Shown one piece after another: positions 10,825 through 22,649 of a stretch of 64,000 nucleotides of DNA; the first letter of the stretch is position 1, and every line of letters begins with the position of its first letter. The position numbers and the translations under genes are program-made. Origin of the DNA: Phoronis australis (lineage: Eukaryota; Animalia; Phoronida); the NCBI GenBank assembly GCA_002633005.1, contig NMRA01000520.1:223111-287110 (forward strand), read 5' to 3'. The notes below the pieces were generated by a model, which was not told the origin of the DNA, searched no databases, and saw only the letters and a program-made list of their open reading frames with translations.

Positions 10825-13800
10825 TTAAAACCGTTGTTGTTTTCGTGAACTCCATGATTACCTCATATTTTCCCTCTGTCTGTCTATCGCTAGGGGTCAG
10901 ATGTAGCAACAGTTGATCTGAAGACCCTGTCAACGAAATGAATAATCTCAGGCGTGAGCAAAAAACAAAGGTGTGAGTAGTCACGCCTTCTTACAAATGT
11001 AGAAAGAAATGCCGCGAAACACTCACGGTAGGAGTGAGCTGCACGAGCAGAACGGGAGTATCACGTGGTCAATTGCCGGGACTTCAGAGACACCCCTAAA
11101 GAAACAAACAATCATATGTAAGATGACAAATTTCCAGTGTATTTACGACTTATAGGAGGAGACTTAAACTTGATAACTAATGCCTCAGGGAAGTTAAGTT
11201 TTAATAAATTACGGTATCGAAATTTCTAGTCAATTATTTTGTCCCTAATTTTTTACCAGTGACTGGTCTTGCAATGCAAGTCGTGATTTCGACGAAGTGT
11301 GGAGTAACACCTTTTGAGATTTTGTCGGTATTAAGCCAACATTGAGGCCAATTCTGGACTACAAGATGCGGACATCCAGTCTCTGCTTTATACGAGTCGA
11401 AAATTTATAGAGTCGACGTAGCCTAATTTACTGGTTTTGAAAAGCTGTTGCACTAAACGAATTCGATAAACTTTTGCTTAATTCATCGTCGGGAGTGTCG
11501 AAAACGATCCCGTGTTCGCACTTCTAGATTACAGCTTCGATTCCTCGATCCGATGTCCCTGACGAACTATAAACACTCAACAAATTACATATTCCGACTG
11601 TAAAATCCACACATGCCCCTAAATTATAACGCAACCGGAGGAACTAAAAGCTCCTCGACCAGGAACTGAGTTCTGAACATGGAGTCTGGTCACCTAGTTT
11701 GGAGTATTTTCGCTGCATGCGGGTTAATTGGCACGGGTATGAAATTTGTACAGCCTTTGGGGTTCACTGGTCCGGTATGGGACCGGCATATTGCTGGAAT
11801 TCAGACCTGCGTCATTGGACTCTTTTTCATCCTAAAATCTTTGTCGAGAAATATGCAAGGAAGCTGAACTGTACTGTGCACATCCCTTCAAATGACTCTC
11901 AATACGCAAGATTTTGACGACTACTGTACTTTGATGCAGGAAATTGGTTTAATATGTTGTCACCATTGATTCACAATTTTCTTCTTCAGATTTAGGTTTT
12001 AGATATGAAACACATTGAACTCAAAGATGCGTGTCACGTGTGTTGTGTGTTTTAGATTAAAGCGTTCATTTCAAACTCTGTTGAAGTCCCAGCATACAGT
12101 ACCGGGCGCTATTTTGGAATTGCCATGCTGTGTTTCGAGTTCGATAATGTTTCGTAGTTACTGTTACACACATCATATACGTGCATTAAACTTGTCGTTG
12201 GGAAGTTTGCCTATTTGTTCTGATACACAGTTCAAGTACCGTGGCAATATTTTGTCCGCGATAAAAGTTTTGCGTCGTGTACTAACGGTACAGCTCATTG
12301 CAAGAATTTTCCACAGACGTTGTTCACATAAGGTTGTGAGTCAGTAAGTTGATGTAGACGCCTAAAAATATGTAAATTTGACCTAACTTGGACTATCATA
12401 TCCCAGAAATGGCTAATCATATTCTTATTTATCCTTCAGATACTATAAGTCATGTCTTGTTCTCAAAAATCATTTGAGGAGTTGTTTTGTTGTTTTTGCA
12501 TTGGTTCACTTGTGCATGCGAGGCGGTCAACATAAGTCTGTGGTGATTTTATATACATGTACCAATGAAAAGATGAACAAAAAAAACACGAAATGATAAC
12601 TTAGGAAATCGTGGCACCACTTTTAAGATTTTATCTTCAACATGCTTACGCATGTATTAAATCAATGCTGGCCATGTTATCGATGGAGATTCTACGGTGG
12701 TTTTGCTTTCAGAAAATGCATAGTTTTTAAATTAAATTCTTTAGCTTCGTTGCTTATTGGATGAATTTTCAGACTTGTCGACAAGGTGTTATACATCAAA
12801 TATTCGTTTCGTGCGGTGACTCAGTAGCTCAATTAACGGAATGCGATGTATTCAAAACCAAATTTTTGGTCGGTTTGCATCGGCTAGCAACAGTCGTCAA
12901 CTTCGTTTAAAGAATTCTGCCGATTTGTTAAAATAGGCCTAGGTCTCGTTCGCCATTGACATGGGTCCCAAATTGTTGTTCCTCGCACGCTGGGCTAATT
13001 GTCACAGATTATAAGACATTGCCGATGAAGAATTCATAAGACTTACGGAACGGAACTTAGCGCCAATAAACAATTGTTTAACTGTGACAACGTGTAAAAT
13101 TCATTTACAGGCTATATGAAATTACAGCTACACAGCCGTAAAAAAATACAAGTTCCAGTCAAGACTGAAAGTCATTACTGCAAAATCTATTTACCTGAGC
13201 TCCGCTTTGACCGGTCGAGTTATCGTGATTACCTGGGAAGAATGATCTACTTGGTGCATTTTGGAAGATCACGGAAAGTATTAATATGAAAAGTATCGAA
13301 ATATTTCTAATGTGAGGTTACCTACAAAAGTATTATCCGATTGTAACCGGTGTTCATGTAGTACGTTCCATTATAGAATAACCAATTAACATAAGTCGCA
13401 GAATAAACACCCCCAACAAATATTGAGCAGATAAAACAGGTTTTCGAACTTGACCGAGGTAACCCACGGTCACGTAAATTACAATCGGAACTGATATATA
13501 AGTCCAGCAGGAATTAAATAATTCAAAAGTTCAGATTAAAGTTCACTAAAACTGCCAGAAAACTTACACGATTTAATAAAATATACTGCATTTCTTGGCT
13601 CTGAAATCCTTTTAATTCCACGAGAATTGCTTATTTTAGCCTCTTGGCTTATGAACGTGCAATAACACGCTTCTTTGGTTACAGTGCAGTATTGCGATCT
13701 TTCGCTTATCTTGTTCAAACAGTTACGCTAGTATGTGGCGGACGATCAAGACCTCTGGGATATCAACTGATGAGTGATGCGACAAAGTTGACGGTATTTA

Positions 13801-16800
13801 AGTCGCGATTTTAATGTCGTAAAACCATTGCAGGAGTTAATTATTAAGATTTCAAGATGGTGTCAAACGGATAAGGTAAGAACGACATTCTTGCGGAAGC
13901 CAGTTGGTACCTGTGTTACGTTAACTGTTCCTTCTCTTCCTCCAGATAGGGAAGCATGTAAATGCACTTTGTCTGTGCACAAGTCAAAGGACAACATGGA
14001 AAGGTGTGCATGAACTATACAGGTACCGGAAACGCTTTGTAACGATTTCCGCTTTTAATGCTCGTACCTTTGAGTTTCAATGTCCACTTTACAATTAAAA
14101 ATTTATACGGTACAGGTGTACAGCCAACAAAACATCTTGGCTTACGGTTAAATTACGAGGACCACTCAAACTCAACGGATGTCCTGATGAACAATACCCG
14201 TAATACTCTCGCAGAGTACAAAATCAAGACACCTTTTATCCACTTTAAAGCAGAAGTATAGATCAATTAAACGTGTTCTGTACGGATCAAACTTGGCCTT
14301 CTGTCGTTGGCAATTCCGCATCGATACTTTAGCGAAAACGCCTATAGGTTGTGACACAGAGGAATACAGGCACCATCCTCGTTACCACGAAGGTTGTGGT
14401 CGGCATAGATGATAACACTTTGTGGCGAGCGCGTGCTGATGTGGCTAGGGGACCACTTTGACGACAGGGTGGCTGCGAATGGAACAATTGTGACGACAGG
14501 ACAGTTTGTAAAAGTTACCGTAAGGGTCCCAAGAAATTATAATCTGGCTTTGTTTACTGTGGTTACTGTGTCTACTAGGCTCAAAATGTCGTATTGTGTA
14601 TGGTGGGCGACTCCTAACATTTTTATAAAGTTGCGGAGCAAATTGGTCTTAAGTGCGAAGACCTTTGCATGCTAAAATAAAACATGTAAGCAATATGAAA
14701 AAAATAACCGTGAACTAACAACGAGGATTATGAAATCAAATATGATAAAGAATTAATGATAATACGTGAACAGCAAAAATAGAAAAAGGGTTACTAACCT
14801 TTGTTAAAAGCCTCAAAGAAACTCGGTCATATACACCCTTTCCAACAGGAAAAAAAGACTAACTTCACCTCAAGTCTGGAATAAGAATAGTTATGTCATA
14901 CCTGTTGGAACTACTCCAAATTTCTGGTGTCCTACTCCCTTTAATTGCATTTAAACATCTGCCAAAGAAGTAGAATTCAACAAAGCTAACTTTTTTAAAA
15001 TCTCAAGCTCGTTACAGAGCATATGTGAGACAAACAGATTAGGACAATTAACTTGCGTGTTCCGCCACTAGCGATCTCCAATCACAATATTTTACATAAG
15101 TTAATACAGTTTCCCGCAGAGAAGTTACAGGGGTTACTCAATCTCCAAGACTACCTCCATTAAGGTGACGTCACATTTTCGGTCCTTACTGACCCTTGAA
15201 TCAAATACAGAAGTGATTTCCGAACTTTGAAAGAACCGGCACCACGTTATTGCGTAGAACCAAGCTCTACATATTGTCTTGTTGCTACGGGTCCATTTTT
15301 TGCTCGGCACAGGCCAGGTCCAAGCAATAATACATGACAAGAATCCAACGTTGCCACCTAACCGGTCAAGATTGGGCAAGTCTACCGGTTGCGCACCACA
15401 GAATTTGCCGGTTCAGATCAAAGACACCGCGCTGTTGTGGTTAATTAAATTGCCCCAGTGAGCTGCTTTTATCGTTCCCTAGATAATGAGGCCCATCCAT
15501 CATTGGGGACGACAATAGTATTTTTAAATTTTCGGTTTGAAAGTTTGTATATAGCACATCTGTGTAGTCCATGAAAAGCACGCGTGATTAGGTGTGTGAA
15601 TATTTGAAAGGAATGTGGCTTTTACAACTTAAAGCGTTTGGTTAATTTTGCAATAATATATCCCTCATTAATTCTGCTGGATGGGCCAATTACCAAATCA
15701 TCAGGCAGCAGTTGGATTTTGAGGTAAACCAAGTGTCATCATACAATTCTTAGCATTAACGAACTTTCGATTGTCTCTAAGCCCAGAAAGCATTTCTGAT
15801 TTGAATTAGACCACGTGACTAGTTGTCTAAAAACCTCCCTTCATCGATGTAACGCGAGTTTCAAGCTGCTTTAACGAAGTCAATTCTCCGTCCCAGTTTA
15901 GTGGTTTCGCTAAGGTCTGTGACTTTTATTTTGACTAATGCTATAGATAAATAATAGGAATCTAACACAAACCGAGTAAGCCTAGAAGAAAGCGAATCAG
16001 TGTGTGAATATAATTACTATCTAAGGAAAGTAATAGAATTTTGGATTTCACCACGTATGGCCTTGAATGACTTTTCACCAATAAAACATAAATTGAGTAC
16101 CCTGATTCACATAAAAATAACAAATTGCCAAATTATATTAAAAACCTCACGAAATATGCTAATATAGAACTAACTTTTCATATAAATGACGTTTAAATTT
16201 ACTTGACCAATACCAGGATCTAAAAACACCCCAAAATGGTCGAAATGAGCCAAGTGTGACGATTTCTTCTGAAAGCTTTACAAAACTGTCCTATTTGGGG
16301 CTTGGCTCTTGAACAAAGGGGTGCATCTACATGTACGTCGTTTTAAAACGAATTAAGCCCAGACTATCATGTAAAGATATTTAACTTGTCACGCTTACTT
16401 ACCTTGTTAGGGCAAATATTGTCTTCCTCTTGTCGTATTGATACAGTACATGTAGATTACTGATCCTGGTATGATGATTTAATTGAATTATTTGCATTTT
16501 AGACAATAGTTGCAAACTAAAGTATTTACTCAAGACCTCATGTACAAAAACAACTTAATAATTTGAGGAAGAGCAGGGTTTCAGCCGTAGGCAAATGGGA
16601 ACTACATGTACCCAAGAGAGCATTTTGATTCTGCAGAGCCGATCAAAGTACACTCTACTCTGACGTTTGAACTGGAGGTTTTTATTCAGGCCGTCATTTG
16701 TAGTCTCATTAGAGGATGAGACATACATGCGGCAGACAAACAACTAACGATTACAAAATTTTAACGCAGGTTAGTACTTGATATCTTGTCGCAATTTTAA

Positions 16801-17629
16801 ATGAAAAAACACCATACTTGATGGCCCTGCGAGCAAATAAAATATGCAATTTATCTTTTTCCGAGGGGTCCACTTGGTTCAAGATTCTGATAACGAAGTT
16901 AATTAAATTTCTACGCATTCTTTAAAAAGATAAACTAGCCTGTAGGACAATGGAAAGATAACAACCATCCTAAAATTAGTGTAACTTGAAAAATAATGAG
17001 GTAATTAATTTATGTTCTCTAAGAAATTTCCGATTCATGTCACTCATTATCCCGTCTTCTTTTCCTGTAAAGTGTGACAGTAATTCTTTCTTGCGTACAA
17101 AATTAGATTTTCAAATGGCGTTAGTAATCTTTAAATTTATATAATTTGAGAGTGTGAGTTTTTTTGTGTTGTTTTTGTAAAATAGCTGCACCTGATTCAC
17201 TCCGCCGGTTCAGCCCTATTAATTTATTTCTCTGTTTTTATGAAGCAATGTGCAGTAGTAGAATTTCTGTCCACCAAATCTGATTCGGGATCAATAGAAA
17301 ATCATTTTGGTGCTCTCATCACACTAGATACCTCTAATATGAAAAGTCCCCTATTGGTTCCTGACGACGACATCTAGCTTACAAGCCAATAATATAATTG
17401 ACCCTTGTTCAGCTCCGATTTGTAGACTCAGAAATCTCGCAAAGGAATCTTGTGCCATAACGTTCTCCGCCTGCATGAATTGTGATTGCTCTTGAGTTTC
17501 TGTAGTGGAACACAAGCTCGGCTGACGCGATCGACTGAACGGGCGAAATTAATAAAATGCAGTAGTTTATTGTGTTTAAGCAGGCGTGCAAAAACAAAAA
17601 AAACGTCCACGATGGAAATCAAAAGATGT

Positions 17630-18208
17630 TTACAGGCTAATGCGACCGTCCTTCACTATTTTGAAACTGTTAGTTTGGAAAAGATCCCGCAGGAGAATGC
17701 CGCTGTTGGCGTTTGAAGACACAAGAACCGCGTCGCTTGGCTTGTCATCAGCGACATCTCGCGGCGTGTTTGAAACTATCAAAACACTGCAGTCGACGTC
17801 CAAGTCGTTATTTATGGCGTCCGTTATAGCTTCAGAAGGCACACTCTTGTCTGTGATAGCAGCCACGATTGTTGTAGGTTTCAGAACCCCCTTTAGCTGG
17901 TTGCAAATCTCTTTGCAACAGCTTCCTGGCATAGCAAACAGCAAAATGTCTGCCTCCCTGGCAACCATTATCAAATTCGGGTTTGCCACAACGTTTGTAT
18001 GCAGTTTACATCCAGGTAAATATTTCGTGTCTTCGTGTTGTGTGTTAATGATCTCGGACAGCGGTAAGCCATCGACTTGCTCCTCGATAACATATACCAT
18101 AACGAGGTCTTCAAACTGCGGTTTTGCAGTAATATGCGAACCAATTAAGCACGCTAAAGATGAGAACCAACTTCCAGATCCGACCATGCGCACACGGATT
18201 GGAGCCAT
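17630..18208 (-). CDS. GPD1: Intronless GPD1-like ORF: N-terminal NAD-binding domain of glycerol-3-phosphate dehydrogenase only (retrogene or pseudogene)
   Basis: VGSGSW, EE.VDG..LSEIINTQHE..KYLPG.KL..NVVA.P, EADILLF..P, ICNQLKG.LK, LLRDLFQT..F are collinear with GPD1 residues ~1-190 (from memory). It stops before the catalytic GALKN motif. TGACGTCA at 18274-18281 upstream; minus-strand AATAAA at 17566-17571 downstream. Confidence 0.8.
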   Translation of the reverse strand: MAPIRVRMVGSGSWFSSLACLIGSHITAKPQFEDLVMVYVIEEQVDGLPLSEIINTQHEDTKYLPGCKLHTNVVANPNLIMVAREADILLFAMPGSCCKEICNQLKGVLKPTTIVAAITDKSVPSEAITDAINNDLDVDCSVLIVSNTPRDVADDKPSDAVLVSSNANSGILLRDLFQTNSFKIVKDGRISL

Positions 18209-19109
18209 GTCTTACAAGTTTGGTAATCGAAAATCCCACCGTGCTACAGTACAAACGGACCTGTTGGTAATTATGACGTCATGCTTGTGTTGACGCCACA
18301 GTTTTGGGAGTTGACGGTGTTTTCGCCAATAATGTTTGAGTTACATGTTTGATAACTAGTAAAGCTCCCAGGTGCTACATAACAAAGGTACATGTACCCT
18401 TGATAGTGTTGTACATCCCTAGTGTAGGGTATCCCACATACCTACAAGACATGTCAATTCGGCTTAGGCCCTGGCGATTGGATATTGGGCTTTTAGTGTA
18501 GAATTCGGCCTAAGGCCCTGATGACCAAAGAAATATTCCTTGACAAACAAACCATCCAAGGCATTAATCATCTAAAAATAGTGCACTGTTGAGCGACCTC
18601 TAAGCCTTTTTTGAAGTTCTTAAATCCATGTTTCTTCCAGTAACGTCTAGCACTATTACACTGTATGGAGTACATTGTATGGTGCAATTATATTCTGAAT
18701 AGCCACATTGAAAAAAAAGAATATAATTTTGTCTTAATTCATAAAATTGAGTACTGTCAGTTTAGATAAACAGTATGAAAAAACGGGACAAATTTAATAA
18801 ATGGCTTCGAGTTTAACGATATCTATTTGTCACCGGCAAGGGGCATTTCTCTAGACATTACCAGCTACATATTCTAGATTTGCACCTGAAATCAGAAAAC
18901 GCTGCCTGCTACATGCATAAATGTGACAATAGGTAATTCAGACGTGACGCTTAAGTTTATCCTATTCTTTTTATCGATCATTGTATGTTTGAAACTGATT
19001 AGCGTCTGTGAAATGGCTTCAGAGGCCTGTTCACATACTACATGTAGAAAAAAAATTGCGAAAAGTCCCACTTCCAAACGGTTCACGGTTTCAAGTGAAT
19101 GTAAGCAAC

Positions 19110-19505
19110 TGGGATGACACTGTCAGAATGAATATTAGTAAGAATAGATCCATTTTAAGTTTTCCAAAATCTGTGCATAAGTACTCTTAAATCATGGTGT
19201 CGAACTTGTTAACATATACTTTAACGTTTAAATCTATTTTAGATGGTGTTTATAACTTTGGTTGTGCGGTAAACGAACTCTAGAGATTCTAGAAATTTCT
19301 GAGAACAAATCGTAACAGCCAATAATATGATTGGATATGATCATGTGTCTTGAAGGCGCTAGCGTAGTTACTCTTCTTTGTAGTTGATTACATTAATTAA
19401 CAACAGGTTTTACTTGTCTAATTAGTGATTATCATATAATAAATTAATTACTGGATTTAATCATTCTCTCTCCATCTTCGCACCTTATAGACAAACCCAC
19501 AGTCA
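19110..19505 (+). repeat. Interspersed repeat; an inverted copy is split into 34810-34990 and 38345-38585
   Basis: Visible reverse-complement matches, e.g. GGCGCTAGCGTAGTTACTCTT vs AAGAGTAACTACGCTAGCGCC and AGTAAGAATAGATCCATTTTAAGTT vs AACTTAAAATGGATCTATTCTTACT. Confidence 0.8.
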
Positions 19506-21057
19506 TTTTCTCACAGACTCTTATAACGTAATTTTTTCTTAAGTAACTTACGGATAAATTGTTCGAATAATCTAAAACCATCTTACAAATGCAATTTTTC
19601 GATGCCGTCAATTGACTGAAAATAAATGAGACCGCTTGAACAGGAAAACTTGTGCAAGCGCTGTATGATATGTAAATTAGACAGTCTTTTTATCGGAAGA
19701 TTAAGACAACGAGAATAAACTTGAAGAACGCAGACCTGATCGAACGTGAACAGAGGAATGTATTTCGTGTAAGTGTTTCAGTATCTATGAACGAAGTGCA
19801 ACTACTAAATAATTTTTGCTAGGAAATTGTTGTATTTTTGTGGCGTACAAAATATAAGAGGATATAGGATGGAAAGTTATGCGTTAATAGTTTTCGAAAT
19901 TTATAAATTATACTTTAATCGCAGTTTATGATTCGGTCAGATTTTTTTTTGAAGTAACAGGCTTCAAATTTTCACGGATGAATGTGGGATTTGAAATTAC
20001 TTGTAATATATCTATTTATATATTTAATGTAACATTTAAAATGAGGGCGGCCTCTTCAGTGACAGCACTGCTTTCCAAAAGGGTCCTCAACAACAAAATA
20101 TAAAACAGTAATATAATACACTAAAGTAGTAAAACATTATTTAGATACATGTAACAAAGATACAATTAAAACAGGATGATGAAAATTTGAATTAGAGAGA
20201 TGAAATAAATTAATAAATTATACTAAGTAATGAGAAACGACATACTTTTAACATTAATTTTGAAAGTTGTAGTTGCATGCGTGTCAAACAAAATGTTGCA
20301 CGGGACGGACGGACAGACACACGTCAAATGTAATGCGTTGCGAATTAAGACTCCAAAACGTCCCGTGCAACTTGCTGCAACTCGCATGCGACCTGCGTGC
20401 ACTCGGTCAATCATAAACAAAATAGTATTCACAAAACTCATAGCACAATGCGCGGTAGGCGCAGAATCGGACCGTTTAATTTCTGGGCTAAGAGAGTTCC
20501 ATATGGCAGCAGAAGCATAAATAAAAGATTTGTTTCCGGTCTCGGTTTTAATTTTTTAAAAGAAACACTACCAGCAACAGAAGAGCGCACAGAGTATGTA
20601 GATTGATTGTACTGAATTTGAGGCTATGATATGCTTTAGCCAAGCCATTGACACATCTGTGCATGCAACAGGCAGAGAGATGTTTTTTTTTTGTTTTACT
20701 TTCATTAATCCCAGATTGGAATACAAGTCGTCGACCCGGGTGTCCCTTATTCAAGCACCCAGGATACCCCTGGCAGTTCTATTTTGAAAAAATAAAAAGA
20801 TAAAGGTAAATTTGATACGATTTCCCCCTGGCGTAAAACATATACCATTATAAGTGTAAACTTTGTTATGTAACATTCGAAATTTTAAAATAACGTGGAA
20901 TAAAAAATAAAATTTTTAAAAAATTGCGTTACTGATACTCACAGTGGAAATTAGTACTTGTCCTTTTTGAAATTAATGTTTTTTTCCTTGCTTTTGTTGG
21001 TAGTCATAAGTTTTAGTTAATATCCTTGTCTATCCTTATCGGTCTTTCCGCAGTACT

Positions 21058-21155
21058 GTATTACAATTACTATTACTATTACTGTTGCAATACTATTAGT
21101 ATTACTATTACTATTGCTCTTACTTTTATTATTATCATTATCATTACCAATATTA
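21058..21155. repeat. Degenerate (ATT/ACT/ATC)n low-complexity tract
   Basis: attactattactattact...attattatcattatcatt. Confidence 0.7.
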
Positions 21156-22484
21156 TTGTGTTCTATTGTAATGCTTTTTTGGTTTATCCATGTTAAATTA
21201 ACCAATCAATCAATAAAATTCCCGCCAGGCATATTTGATTCCACCGCTTGAAAAAGTCTTGCACGTTTTATGTGTACCAAACGGATGTAACTAAAGAGTA
21301 AATATTTATTTCAACCATGATTTATAAAACGTATCACATACATGTTAATACATACATGTACGATGTGTAGTCAACGCTAGAAAAATAGCAAGTGGCATCG
21401 CGATTACTTGAAGTTGACGTAAAAACTTTCAGTAAACACCTGGGTAACTACAGTGTATGTTGTGAGAGGGGTACATTTACTTAGTCATATCCACGTCAAA
21501 AACGGTTGCAGAGTGAGTAGAGTTTCAAATCTTTGGAGCAAAACCAGCGCCAGGCTCGTTTCTTTTGTACGTTGGCAAACGCCAATTACTGTATCTACCA
21601 CGCTCAATGGATAGTACCTAAAATGCATTGATTCAAAACTGCTGTCTATCGTATTTCATCCGCAAGAAGGTGCTACATTTATTATTCACGGTCAGTTCAA
21701 TTTCAGAAGCCAAACACAAATTACTAGTTTCTTTCCTTGACATTTCAACTTATTTCAGCCGGTATTTTATTGACCTGCATAATGCGATAATTATTTATGC
21801 CACATAATATGATCTTAAATGGACGGACGGCTACACTGGTTGACGTAGAGAAGCAGAGTTTAACTACAACAACCACTGAACGACCTTGTTTCCTCGTAGA
21901 TGTTTACCTGTTGACTAGTATCCGTACTATTATGCAACGAAATGTTCAAAAGGACACAGACCTACATGTACGCCCAATTTCTATTTAAAGTTTTTCGTTA
22001 CCAATACAAATGAACGACAGTAAACGATAAAATCCAGATTATATATCTCCTCGATAGCACAATCGTTTTGTACCACGACACTGTTGAATTTAAATCGTCC
22101 ATGTGCAACGGTACGGTATTGCCTATTAGGACTTCAAAGAAAGCGGGTGTGGTTTGAAGACTGACCAGAAATCAGCCAAATGCGCACAAATAAAGACCGG
22201 CTGCGTTTAGAATTTTGATTTCTTGAAATAAAAACGTTTCTAATTCAAGGACTTATAGAGCTTAATTCTGAGCTAGTTGAAAATCCTTACATGTACATGT
22301 ATGCAGTTGCTATATTTTTTCTGTCGAGGTTTTCAAGACAGGCTGACCGATCACCGCCGTAATAAAAGAATTCATCGAGTAACTCCATATATTTACACGA
22401 CATGTACAGTACATTGTGCATGTAAATGTCTGTCGATATTTTTTGGTATAGTCTTTTTGTCTCCTTCTTTAACAGGCAAGGTGA

Positions 22485-22649
22485 ATGGCAGCCATGATTG
22501 TAGAACTGCTACTCTTCCTTCAACTTTTGACCATGACCGCTTCCCAGCCGAGGTCTGCCATAAAGCTCGTCAACAATGGATACGAAACTGTGGTTGTGGC
22601 CATTCATAGAACGGTAACGGAAGATCCACGCATAGTACAAGAAATAAAG
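22485..22649 (+). CDS. CLCA: CLCA gene B exon 1 (signal peptide)
   Basis: MAAMIVELLLFLQLL...IKLVNNGYE; AAG|gtaag end. Confidence 0.9.

Larger units (their letters stand above)
7239..10850. mobile_element. Penelope-like retroelement (C-terminal GIY-YIG; Penelope/Poseidon type), inverted head-to-head composite insertion
   Basis: Two near-identical RT+GIY-YIG copies diverge from a junction at ~8475. The outer ~110 bp (7261-7370, 10741-10850) are inverted repeats. Direct repeat AACTCCATGATTACC flanks the composite at 7224-7238 and 10848-10862. The right arm crosses an N-gap. Confidence 0.9.

Noticed and set aside
10912-10950. CTGAAGA...GAAA hammerhead-like string
   Set aside because: No pairing for stem II or stem III.
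13762-13795. CTGATGA with flanking TCAAC/GTTGA
   Set aside because: Lacks the GAAA core and cleavage triplet.
17586-18293. 235-aa plus-strand ORF
   Set aside because: Antisense shadow of the GPD1-like ORF.
20030-20910. Possible CR1/L2 3'-tail relics (stem-loops followed by AATAAA)
   Set aside because: Too degenerate to assign boundaries or family by eye.
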